Made by a program: the position numbers and the translations under genes. Of a DNA stretch of 64,000 nucleotides, positions 38,397 through 50,709 are shown in pieces (position 1 is the first letter of the stretch; the number at the start of each line of letters is the position of its first letter). The notes beneath the pieces are model-generated. The model ran no database searches. It was given only the letters and a program-made list of their open reading frames with translations, and was not told where the DNA came from. This DNA comes from Octopus vulgaris (taxonomy: Eukaryota): the NCBI GenBank assembly GCA_951406725.2, contig OX597814.1, forward strand, positions 174,964,001 to 175,028,000, written 5' to 3'.

Positions 38397-41300
38397 CTCT
38401 AAACCAAATCATTAAAAGGATGTATGGCAGTCCACCTAAATTATCACATTTGACAATGGATTGACTGAATTATCAAAGCATTGGACAAAATGCATTACAA
38501 TATTTGTTCCAGTCCTTTATGTTCTTCAACTTTGCTTTGCATCCCGTTGGACTTAAAGTTGACCACAGTGGGATTTGAACTCTGAACATAAAGTGCTATA
38601 ACTAAATACTCTGTCAATCTGTTTCTAAACAGGCTACAAATTTGAGAGAAGAGGTTACACAAGTGAATCAACCTCAGTACTTGATTGGTACTTTATTTCA
38701 TCAAAGGAAGAAAGTTGAACTCAGGATTTAGACTCAGAATATAAAGGGCCAAAACTAAATACTGCATAGCATTTTATCTACTGTTCTAATGATTCTGCTA
38801 ATCAACAACCCTAATAGCAGTAATAATTGCACTGATTTTATACATAGTGTATGTGCAGTCTGGAGATGGACTCTAGAAGGGCCAAATTTATCATGAAAAT
38901 AAAAGAATATTTCAAATAACTTTTTTCTTTCTTTTGAATTTCACGTTAATTTTCATGTAGTCAGTGAGTGATCCAGTGAGGAAGTTCTAACTTCATAAAC
39001 GTGTTTGACAAAGAATTTATCTCTTCAGTGGCACACCAAAAGAATCATAGATGGACAAATCAACAGATTACTAAAAAATTAGCCAAGGAATCTGTTTTTT
39101 TTTTCTTCACATCCTTTTGTTTCTACTATGTCTGTGGTCAAAATAACTTTCAACAGTCGACTGTAGCAAGATAGAATGGTTTATTGCTATAAGCAAAGGT
39201 AGACAGTTTGGTTGTATCACAGAGATGAGTTTTAGACATTTTGTAGACATGGGTCATGGTCCAAAACTCCAGGTTCACTAGAAAAGGAAGAGGTCTAAAT
39301 CAGAACTAAATATGGGACGTCACCAGCATGAGATTTTAATTAGTTACTTTTCAGTTTAAAGTATTGCTGAGGCCTGAAAGGCTTACTCCCTGTATTATTT
39401 CTGGTCCCAGTATTGGTGCCTTTTAAATTATTTTGAATTATGCTTAATCTGAGAACATTTATGAATTAATATAAACTGCTACAGTTTAGAAAATGTTTAT
39501 AAAATCATTTAAATTATTTCTATTCATCAAGCTAATGAAATCTATCAGTATCAACCATAATAATGAATTTGAAATTTTAAAAATATATAGAACCATAAAT
39601 AACATTAATAAAATATAATCAACAATAACATGAGGGCGGTTTCTAATAGTTTTATTATGACACTGAATTTTGTTTTCCCAGTGCCAATAAACTGACATAC
39701 ATTCAAGTTACATAAGTTTCTAAACACTATACGGTATGCCACTATGTGAGGGTGTGAAGATCTGTTAACTGGTAGAATCAGGGGTTCATATTAATGCTCC
39801 AACATAGATAATGAAAATAAATAAAACCATTTTATCACGTTAAAAATTATTTCAAGTAAGATATTTTTTTTGTTTATATATTTCTAGCTAACATAATGAC
39901 AATGCACATTTTATGTGCACAACAATAAAAGTGGCACTGCATAAGATATATTAAGAGCCACAGCTGTGGAGGCAGAATTAAATCATTGCTCACACTTGAT
40001 TGTAGTTTGATTATTGAGGGATCAAACGGAACTTAAAATCAGGACTCTTATATTGACTGATTGTTAATAAGATTGCACGTTTAAATCGTAATATTCCTGA
40101 CACACCATTACATGGTACATTGACAGGAACTCTATTACAACTCGTTTGAACCCGATTTCTTCATTGCGTCTGATGCAAGCTATCACTTATTTAAAATTAG
40201 TTGTAGTAACTTTAAGGTAATAAGGTAATTTCTGACTAAATGAGTCAAAAGAATTAAATTTTAAACAAAAATTAAAGTATACTTAACAGTGAGATATTCT
40301 CACGATTCTTCTAATGTAGACCTGATATGTTTGATTAAAAAATTCTAAAAAAAGAAACCCTTGTTTTAATATGAAATGAAAATCTGTGGTAAAAAAAAAA
40401 AAAAAAAGCAGAAAAGAAAGAAACTGTTGGTCTAGTAAGAACATTAAAAAGCTAAACTCAGTTCTTCGCAATATCTATTTCGGTACGGCGCTGTTCCGGA
40501 GACAGTTTTTCGCCACCCATCTAGGGTCCATAAATAAGTACCAGAGATTCTACTCAAATCAAAAGAAATTACTACAGTTGTTTAGATTAACAAAAATAAA
40601 AAAGAAAGAATCCTGACCAATTCGGGTACGTTATAAAAAAGGTATTTGTTGAAAGTTCCATCCCATATTTTCCCATTCAACCAAATTTTCTTAGATGTAG
40701 AAATATCCTTTCCCCACCCCAATTAAAAAAGCATATTCGGCAATTCATTACAAAAATACATATAACAGATTATTAAAAACAAAATCTTTCAGACAGCTTT
40801 CTTTTTAAGGACGATTTATGACCCTTAAATTTCTGAAGGTATTCATTCAATTGCTTCAACAGTTAACCTAATGATGTATTGATACATATGACGTTAATAG
40901 AATCAATTCACAGATGTAACCCGAAATCGAGGTGTACATAATCATTAGAATACTTGATCTATTTCCAAATTGTCTACATGTAAACTTAACATCAATATCC
41001 ATTTAAAACATCTAGCCTTTGTGCTTTAAAACCAGATTACTTAAACGAAGAGGTGGCAAAAAAACAGTTTATATTATAAATAATTTGTAAAATATGTCGG
41101 CCGGCTGAGTTATGGAAGTTTGGAAGAGCGATGTGGAGAAGCCAAGCTGTCAGTTTAAATGTTATCGCAACGGGTTCTGTTAGTGTTTGTGACACACCTA
41201 CACAGATGATTTTTAAAACGATCTTTCATTAATATATATACCATCTGCCTATTAAGAAGTAAACATAGTTGTCGTGTAAGTTTCCAAACGTTGACAATAT

Positions 41301-42184
41301 GTTGATCATATAGACAGAGAGAGAGAGAGGACCTCGCTTGAAAAAGTAAGAAGAAAATAATGACCAAGATCGGAACGTTTGGTTCATTATAAATATGTCT
41401 TCTGCAATTAATGAAACAGCTCATCACAGTAAATAATATATTCTATATGTTAAATTTGTTAAAGTCTGGCTATCCACATACAATATGTGAGACTTGGCTG
41501 GAATACATTCTAGCAGAATCAACACGTAGGCAGGTAAAACCACCTTAGCAGGATTTTTATATTCCGTACGGAGAGATAAGCCAAAAATCAGAATTAAGGT
41601 TAATATATAGAGAAAACTTAAACAATCTGAAGACATAATTTAGAAAACTAAGAAAATTTTTGTGAAGAAAATCTCTAGTTTTCTGAGCCAGTAGCTCGAA
41701 ATATTGCCTAAATTATGTCGTCAGATTTGCTTCGGGATTATCTGTATGGAAGGATAAACCGCTGATACACACAATCTGAGAAGGTTAATAACTTGGAGGC
41801 GAAGATTTCGAATTGGTTGAAAGTTGTAAAGAGGAAACAACATAGAATAGATTTATTAGTTGTCAATTTGGACAAGTTGAGGTTTAGAATTGTCACTGCA
41901 TTTAGAATAAACCAGCGAGGAAATGCTTGATATACTATACACACACACACTATATATATCTATATATATATATATAGTTAATAAAAAAAAAGACAAAGTG
42001 TAGGAGTGTATCAATATGATTATGAAATAAGGTTTTTGATGAGGAGAAATTAATTCGCTACAAATAATGACAAACCGAAGACAATTTATGAGAGGTACAA
42101 ATCGACGGAATCTGCATGAAGTTCTGGATCCATAAACTAACGGAATATTTCCTCTATTTATAACAGAGAAAAAACAACACTTAC

Positions 42185-42470
42185 CTTAAAACGTCACCAA
42201 GATATCAATTAAAGAACACGGACTAAACACATGAGTATCAATGTAACAGATAAGTAGCAAAGCCCAAAAAAAAAGCAATGGGTCAAACAGACTTTCCAAG
42301 AGTAACTTAGTCCGTCTCTCTCTCTCCTTTTCTTCCTTCTCTCTTACTCACTCACTCACTCTCTATCTCTTGTCACTCCCTCTCTTTCCCCCTCTCTCGA
42401 TAAACAGTATCACTGATACTTTCTCACAGCTTTCAGTCGACGCTGTGCCACGTACCGCTCACTTCCGGTA
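42185..42470 (-). other. Putative non-coding first exon (5' UTR) of Sec24C/D; TSS approximate
   Basis: Strong AAG|GTAAGT donor at 42184, directly downstream of a motif-rich CpG-containing segment. The ATG exon begins with an acceptor, so an upstream exon is required. Confidence 0.6.
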
Positions 42471-42540
42471 CACATGCGTACTACCTGCCACGTAGACAGG
42501 AAGCATCTGGAATGTTGGGATGTGAAGTGTCGCGTGTACA
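42440..42540. promoter_or_regulatory. Core promoter candidate: 2x TGCCACGTA plus ETS-type ACTTCCGGT and CAGGAAG
   Basis: TGCCACGTA at 42446-42454 and 42486-42494, ACTTCCGGT at 42461-42469, CAGGAAG at 42497-42503, inside a CpG-enriched region lacking recognisable TEs. Confidence 0.65.
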
Positions 42541-44490
42541 AAGAATGATGCGAGAGAAGAAGGCGTGAACAATTTTTGTTCCTGGCTTAATTCTACCCTT
42601 TTATTCCGTTTTAAATTCAAACCATAATTTTGCAAGATTTATTTATATTAAAAAAAAATTAATCGATAATAGTATATTTATAAATAAAATTTTATTCCTG
42701 TTTAATTTCACAAATTTATTCCTATTGCCTTCCAATCAGCATAAACCATTGCCTTATCTTGTTCGTCGTAGATAACTGTTTATCAATAATTAATTAAACG
42801 TCAATAAATTCTATATCTTTTTGTCCTTCCATTATATATGGAATTTGTTTCTCAAATTTTGGGGAACAGTTCTCTTTATTCACGCTATTATTTGAATGAA
42901 ATATATGTTCGATCTAGAATCTAATTTTATAATTAAAAAAAAAAAATTGTTAAAATTTGTTTATTTTTCTTATTGTCTTATATATACTCACATCGAAGGA
43001 TCGCCGTTGGCGGAATATCAACTATCGAAATATATAGCAATTTACTCCCTCGTTCCCATCTTTTTCTAAAAAGTGCTTAAGTCAGCTGTTATCTGAAAAT
43101 GGAAGAAATTACATAGTAAATACAGAACTTTCCAGCTGATATACGCATAATTTCTCTTAACTTCGACACTTTGTTGTGAGTTTTTGAAAATCAAAATCTT
43201 TTGTATATCATATCACAGCGAAAAGTGATTAGGTTTCAACTCCCAATTGTCTATGAGAAACGTATAAACGTTGCCTCAACTCTCCTTTGTCGTTGATAAA
43301 TCTGAAAGAAGTGTGTCACACACTTCCGTATCACTTTTGCTTTTTCGGTTGTACTTCTAACATTTAGAATAAGAAAAAGAGAATATTTTTTAATCTGTGG
43401 TCAACTTTGATAGTTAGTTTTTATTCCATGGTGGGTAAATTAGCAGAATTGTTAGAGCATCAGAAAATTTCTGGTATTTGTTCCAACCCATTATGTTTTG
43501 AATTCATATGCCACTAAGGACAACTTTGCGTTTCCGTTTTCCAGAGTTGAGGAAATTAAGTACTAGACAGGTATTGGAGTTGACTAATCTTGGCTTTGTG
43601 TGTGTTAAAAATAATTATTATTAATATATTTTTAGGGTAGAGTTTCTCAAATTATAACCTTAGAAAATTTCACATTGAAATTATCATGAAACAGTATAAT
43701 CATGATGTAAATGGAAATATTAATTATAAATGTTAATATTTCTACTTGAGATAGACATTTTAAAAGAAACATTCGTAGAAATTACAAATTGTCTTGGAAT
43801 AATTAAAGTAAACTGTTTAGTGAGAGATTAATCAATATCTGAACTTACACGTTCATGATTTAAGTTGTGAACAGCTGTTTCTTATATTTTATTATTCTCT
43901 TCAATGCTAAATGATGATGATAATAAGGATGAAATAGTTTTTGTCTCAATTTTACAAGAAAAATAAAAATATATAATAGTGAATGAGGATCAGGTCAACA
44001 TGAAAGGAATTTGATGTAGCTAGGTTGGTAAATACTTCAGCTAGCAAACAGAAAAACTTTATAAATGAAACATTAGGACACTAAAATAATTCCAAGGATT
44101 TCTTCTCTTCAACTAAGTCTTTCTTTCATGTATCTATCTTAGAAGATTATATACACATCACTCATTTGAAACACCATCAGCCTCAATGATATTCAATAAT
44201 TAGAAAGAATATATATTTCCAGTATCAAATATATGTAGCCTCAGAAATTCAAATCAATTGATTTATTTATGTTTATTATGTGGCGTGAAAATAGAAATTA
44301 AAGCTTTCGACACGTTTGCATTTTTTGATTGATCCAATGAGCCAATGAAAGAAGTCTCTGTCAGTCACTTGACCTTCTAGAAATAAGCAATGGAATCTTA
44401 GAGATAACACCCTACCACTAGAAAAAAATATATCATGTTTGGCTAATGTAGTTCAGAATATACAAAAAGATAAAATGATCACAGTTGAAA

Positions 44491-44650
44491 TCATCATCAT
44501 CATCATCATCGTCCTTTAACATCCGTTTTCCAATGCTGGCATGGGTTGGATGGTTTGACCAGAGCTGGCAAGCCAGAGAGCTGCACCAGGTTCCAGTCTG
44601 ATTTAGCTTGGATTCTATACCTGGATGCCATTCTTAGCGTCAACCACTTT
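44491..44650 (-). mobile_element. RTE LINE 3' tail, minus strand
   Basis: (TCA)n-CGTCCTTTAACATCC...ATGCTGGCATGGGTTGG. Confidence 0.75.
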
Positions 44651-46019
44651 GCTGTTTCTGCTCCTAACGTGGAACTGGCACGAGTGCCTTTATGTGCCTG
44701 CTTTATCAGGGTGAGACAATAAGAACAGATTGAGAGAAGTTGTGATGAACTATTGTATAGCAAACCAATGCAATTCAAACCAACTAGCTAAGACATATAT
44801 GAATTATGCTGTGGCTGATACCTATAAGCTTATTTAAGGTGTTTCTGTTTAATTTTGTTATTGAGATGGTACTGCAGTCATTCATATGGAATTCACTTTC
44901 TTTTGCATTATGGCAGGATAGGTTGAAACAGAGTTGTGATATGAGCACTTTTATCATGAACAAAGTCTGCAAGAGCACTTAAAACTCAGCCCTGAAAATT
45001 ATCAAAATATTCACCATTTTAATGGTATAGAGGTAAGCAGCTCAATATATTTATCATTAGGCGATTGTGATTTAAGTCTCTTGTTACATCAGCCAGACAC
45101 AAATCTCTACATATTGTGGTTACTTAGAACTGGTCCAGCTTTCACAACAAAAGACAGTTGTAAAACATCCTTTTTCCAAAATATGGCTGCTATATGGGAA
45201 TACTTATATTTCATTGTGCTGTTCATGCTTAAGAGAAACACTTTAATTTCAAAAAGCCTCAATTACTTTCAAGAATAAGTTGAATCTTTTGTAGCATACT
45301 GAGATATTGAGAGTAAAATGTCTTCTATTATAATTCCATTCACATCTAAGATGCCTTATGGGAAGGTACACAGTACACAATTAATCATGGATATGGAACT
45401 TTAACCAGTATTGTAGCATTTTATCAATATAGCCAATTGTGACTCAGATTCACCATAAAACATTGAGTGTTATATCTTGTATCTAAACAGGAGATGAAGA
45501 AATATGCTCAGAAAAAAAAAAGAGAAGAAATAATATTAAACTGAAGATATGATGACAACAAAGTAGCAAAAATATTGACATTTTCAATAATAATTTATCA
45601 GAAGACTTTTTGTTTGTTATTGTTTACTTTCACACCAGCTCTGATTGAACAGACTTATGATCAAAGGTATTCCATCTATTATCTATTATCATTTCTTTAC
45701 CAAAATAATAGGAAGATTTTTTTTTTTTTTTTTCTTTTAGGTCAAATAACAATATAGGGGTTGGAGTTTAAAATAAGTCAATGAAATTGTTGTTAGTTTG
45801 TTTGCTGAAAAGTTATGGGTTTGTTATCCTGTTACTGGTAATAAGCTGTATCGTAGACAAAGAGCTTAGTGACTGCTCCACCTACAAACGTATATTCTGG
45901 TGTTTTCTGCTATCGAAATCAAAACTTCTTACAGAAATAAAGGATCTTGTAAATAGTAATGTTATGCAGTCAGACTAGTTACTACTCTAAAACAGAATAA
46001 ATTTTTATTGTAAACATTA

Positions 46020-46610
46020 TTGTAGTAGAATTATGGTGTGCAAGAGAGATGACTGTGTTGCTATGGTCATGTGGTGTATATGGATGAGGACAATTATATA
46101 AAGAAATGCCAATCTCTAACTGTGGAGGGAACCTGTGGGAGAGGTAGATGCAGGAAGACATGGGATGAGGTGGTGAAGCATGATCTTCGAATGTTGGGTC
46201 TCACAGAAGCAATGACAAGTGATTGAGACCTTTGGTGATTTGCTGTGCTTGAGAAGAATCATCAAGCCAAGTGAAATTGTAGCTGTGGCCAGAACCAGTG
46301 ACATGTAAAAGCACCTATACCAGTGACATGTAAAAGCATTCATGCTGGTGACACAGGAAAGCATCCATTCTGGTTCAGATAAGAGCACTTGTGCCAGTGA
46401 CACATAAAAGGCACTTGTGATGGCAACACATAAAAGCACTCATGCCAGTGACACATGGAGTGGTTGGCATTAGGAAGGGCATCCAGTCATAGAAACCAAG
46501 CCAAAATCAGACTGGAACCTGGTACAGCTCTCCAACTTACCACTTCCAGTCAAACTGTCTAACCCATGTAAGCAATGAAAGCAGACACTAAATGATGATG
46601 ACGATGATGA
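46020..46610 (+). mobile_element. RTE LINE 3' end (ORF C-terminus, repeated UTR, tail)
   Basis: YGHV..MDED..IKKC..LTVEGTCGRGR.RKTWDEVVKHDLRMLGLTEAM, then CCAGTGACA..TAAAAGCA repeats and (TGA)n. Confidence 0.85.
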
Positions 46611-46998
46611 ATTATTAGTTTATATAATACCACCCATAACAAGATGTCACAAGCCTATAAGCTCATTAGATCAGATCTCATTCCTGTTAACATAACATTT
46701 AAGCAATTGGGACCAAACTACCCTCTAAACAAGATGCCAATCTGTTACAAGGTCAACCTCCATCTGCTGCTGATACTCATTTTCAGCTAATTAAACTGGA
46801 GCAATATGAAATGCCTTGTTCAAGACACAACATTTCACTTAGTCCAATAATTGAACCAACAATCTAATGATTTTGAGCCAAATACTTTAATTACTAGGCA
46901 ATGTGCTTTCACTTGACAGAATGAAATCTATGAAATTCTTATTAGAATTTGAACTCGGCACTATGAGACAATTGATAAGAATGTCTTGAAGTATCTAA

Positions 46999-47262
46999 AA
47001 TGAATAAAAATAAATGCGCCCTTTTGAAGCCTAGCCAGACTCATGGGCCCAGTTTCCTGGTTTCCATGGTGTATGTACTCCCCAGCAGGATGGGACGCCA
47101 GTCCATCGCAACGTTACTCATTTTTGCCAGCTGAGTGGACTGGAGCAATGTGAAATAAAGTGTTTTGCTCAAGAACACAATGCATTGCTCGGTCCGGGAA
47201 TCGAAACCAAAATCTTACAATCATGGTGTTGACACCCTAACCCCTAAGCCACGCGCCTCCAC
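46999..47262 (-). mobile_element. tRNA-head SINE (family D) with 14-bp TSD
   Basis: CTTGAAGTATCTAA at 46985-46998 and 47263-47276; A/B-box-like head on the minus strand. Confidence 0.88.
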
Positions 47263-47699
47263 CTTGAAGTATCTAAGCCTATACTAAAACCATTACATTG
47301 GAAATTCAAATGTATATGTGTGTGTGTTTGAGTATAAAACCATTTTAACAAAAATGACAAGAAAAAGACCAGCACAGACAAGAGAAATTGAACAAAGAAA
47401 ATTTAATTGCTACCAACTATATAAAATATAGTACTAAGAACAAATAAAACATATAAGCACAGGCATAGCAGTTTGGTTAAAAAGTTTGCTTCCTAACCAC
47501 ATGGTCTAGGATTCAGTCCCACTGCATTGCACCATGGGCAAGTGTCTTCTACTATAGCCTCAGGCTGACCAAAGCCTTGCAAATGGATTATTAGATAGAA
47601 AATGAAAGAAATGCATCACTATGTGTGTGTTTGTGTCTTCTTGTCTTAACATCACATGTTGTAAATGAATATCATTCATTTCCAATATGAAACAGAAAC

Positions 47700-48368
47700 A
47701 TGTTTGGTCCTGGTGTTATTTTCTTGGATGAGTCATCCTTTACCTTATTTCCGACTACCGGCCGAGTATACATGTGGAGACAGCCAAAAAAGTATTTGAC
47801 CCAGACCACCTTCTTCCAACTGTTAAACATGGAGGAGGATCTGTGATGATCTGGGGGGGGGGGGGGGGCTATATCTTGGAAATACGTTGGCCCAATGGTT
47901 TACCTTCATAGCAGAATTAATAGTCAAGACTATTTAAGCATTTTATCTGATGAAATTCATCATATGGTTGCGGAACTGTTTCTGGAGAGAAACGCAATCT
48001 TTCAAGATGATAATGACCCAATTCACACTGCTAAAGTTGTTAATGAATGGCACGAGGAACATTCTAGTGAAGTTGAACATCTTATCTGGCCACCACAATC
48101 CACAGATCTCACTGTTATTGAACATTTATGATGCATTTTAGAAAAACAAGTAAGGTGTCAATATCCTCTACCATTATCATGACAAGAACTGGAGGCTGTT
48201 TTAGCTGAAGAATGGACAAAAATTCCTTTGGAAACAATTCAAACTTTGTACGAGTCCATACCTCATAGAGTTCAAGCTGTAATTACTGCCAAAGGCAGTC
48301 CTATCCCATATTAAAATAAATTTGTTTGAAATTTTAAGGTGTTTCCATTATTTTATCCAACCCCTATA
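47700..48368 (+). mobile_element. Tc1-family transposase relic (DD36E spacing) with right TIR
   Basis: DESSF, TVKHGGGSVMIWG, FQDDNDPIH, WPPQSTDLTVIE, ESIPHRVQAVITAKG motifs with stops and frameshifts; ends ...TTATCCAACCCCTATA. Confidence 0.88.
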
Positions 48369-48559
48369 TCTATCTGGTCAGACAATGTGTTTGCATCAAT
48401 ACAACTTTTCCATGCCAGATGTCCCAATTTTCCATGGTGGTCTTTCACTTCTCAACTTGATATGCTGCTCTTCTTAGTCTTCTAATACCTTCATGTCCAT
48501 GCATCTTAAAATTTCCAGCAATGGGAGTTCAGTGGATATTTCATACTTGCTTCTTCAGC

Positions 48560-48850
48560 AGTGTCATGTATAATGTGTTCTTTCTTTGATTACTGAGGTA
48601 ATGGTAGGAAAACTGCTATCCAGTCATTGCTTCATAGGATGTTGCTGACTAGAAAGATTAAGAACTTCATAAAGCATTCTCATTTAGTGTCAAGCTTCTT
48701 TTCAAGTCTCTTGTTCAGTGTCCATACTGAAAATTCATAGAGAAGTACCGATTCAACAATTGTTTTGAAGAGGAAGGACTTAGATATAATTCCTATTCTG
48801 TCTAGAGCATTCCTAGCTTTTGCAATCCTTACCTGACCATCTTTTTCTGT
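48560..48850 (-). mobile_element. Old RTE fragment
   Basis: FKTIVESVLLYEFSVWTLNKRLEKKLD parallels the 13.8-kb copy. Confidence 0.6.
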
Positions 48851-48976
48851 TGTAACAAAGGCAATAGGTATTTCATGATTCAACTGAAGTATAGAAATTG
48901 ATAGTTTCTTGTTTGAAGTAAAAATGTTATATTTATGGTGCTATACTGATGGTTTTGTAATATTTAGAAGTTCATT

Positions 48977-49380
48977 AAGGTGAGGGGTTGGCAGAAACAT
49001 TAGAATGCCTTGTGGTATTTCTTCTAACTCTTTATGATTGTGAGCTTAAATCCTGAAGTTGATTTTGCCTTTCATCCCTTGGGATGGGGGTGGGTTGATG
49101 AAATTGAGAACCAATCAAGTACTTGGATTGATGGTATTGACTACTTCCCTCCCTTGAATTTTGGGCTTGTGCCTATGTTAGAAACTATTATTGGTGATGA
49201 TGATGATGATGATGATAGGTTAGTAGAAACATTAAAGCATCAAACAAAATGCCTTGCAGTATTTGATCTAGTTTTTTTACACTCTGAGTTCAATCCCACT
49301 GAAGCCAGCTTTGTCTTGCATCCCTCCAGGGTTAATAAAATAAAGGGTCAGTATAATCAATCAGTCCCTTTCCTGTGCTA
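48977..49380 (+). mobile_element. Two tandem family-C SINE copies (others ~3590-3790, 12350-12480, 37600-37760, 43430-43600, 58578-58740)
   Basis: Shared GGCAGAA...GAGTTCAAAT...TTTGCCTTTCATCC...AAGTACCAG pattern. Confidence 0.65.
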
Positions 49381-50614
49381 GAATTTATAAGTTCACTGTA
49401 AATTTTGATAAGGTAAACTCATTTAAAAAAAGTGAGTTTATCTTATTAGGAATAATTTTTTAAAGGGATTCTAAATATATGAGTTGTACGCTGATGACAG
49501 GTCAATATCTAGAAACTGCTGTCCGTGTGTATCACTTAGGTTGACGAGGGAAGGATGACCTCCCTTTGCAAATACCTTAAGAGCATAGAAAGTGTGCCTA
49601 AAGCTAGCTGGAGATGATGTTCTCCTGGGGCTACAAGCTACAGTAACACCCACCCTTAGTGGTTAGCCATATTGAGATGGCAAATATACCTCACATTGTC
49701 GTGCAGTTACTGTTTATACCTCATTCAGAGATTTATTATTTCTATCAGAATTGTTTGATTATTTCAGCAAATATCAAGGCAAAATTTATAGAAGAAACTA
49801 ATTTGTGAAAATATATACATACAGTGCCCAAAAGCTTAAAAAAGAAAAGAAAAAGCTTGAATATTATTGTAGAGAGAATCAGTCCTTTCTTTGTTCTTTA
49901 ATGATCAGATAATGATCTCTGTGTATCTCTTGCTAAGCTTATTTTCCTGGAGTATAAAATACAAGGAACATTGACAGGATCTATAAGTGAGTGAAATCCT
50001 ACTTATCAAAGATCCAAAAGCTCCAGTTCAACCATTCAAATCTATTTACAGATCCTATCAATGTTTCTGGCACTTTAAGATGCTGTATATTGACTTGTAC
50101 ACTTATTTAACAATTATTTGCTGTTTTCTATCTGTTTATGCCAATATATTTGTTTGCTTGTCCACTTTTAATTTGTGGGTGCAAGAACTTTTGATGATTA
50201 ATCCTTCTCATTCTATAATTATATTTGCTTCTGTTTGGATTAGTTACATGACTTGGAACCACAGCTGGCTTATTCCTGGTGAAACAGCTGCAAGAGAAGT
50301 TCTGGCACACACAAAAATCTGCTGTGCAACTGTTGGCTGAGAGAATACATTTTACAGGTTATGACATAATAGACTGGAATATAAAAAAAATTATATGTAG
50401 GTGACTGTTTTGTGAAAAACCTTCAGATCAGAAGTAGATTTAAGAAAAAACTCAGCTGTACTGTCACCTTCTTTTGATCTTTAAAAGAAAACATAAGATT
50501 TAAAGTCATGTTAATGAAGTCTGTAACAGTGTAGTGTATGTGTTATCAGACTTAACTAGCAATCAACTATTTCACAGTTAGCTTTTGTTTATTTTTCTCT
50601 TTTACATTCTCTTG

Positions 50615-50681
<67 letters not shown>

Positions 50682-50709
50682 GTATATATATATATGTAAT
50701 CATGTCATA

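Larger units (their letters stand above)
1071..42470 (-). other. SEC24C: SEC24C/D-class gene locus (3' part beyond the window start; 5' end approximate)
   Basis: 14 coding exons join in frame with canonical GT-AG sites: Pro/Gln/Gly-rich N-terminus, RLDPDQMPSPIQVIEDD motif, zinc finger, trunk domain. A putative non-coding first exon ends at a GTAAGT donor (42184). Confidence 0.9.

Noticed and set aside
45741-45978. Plus-strand coding exon / 65-aa ORF after a strong acceptor
   Set aside because: No recognisable homology or compatible partner exons; kept only as a hint of a non-coding transcript.
50240-50360. Exon-like segment of higher GC
   Set aside because: One frame reads GTTAGLFLVKQLQEKF, resembling an RTE RT relic.
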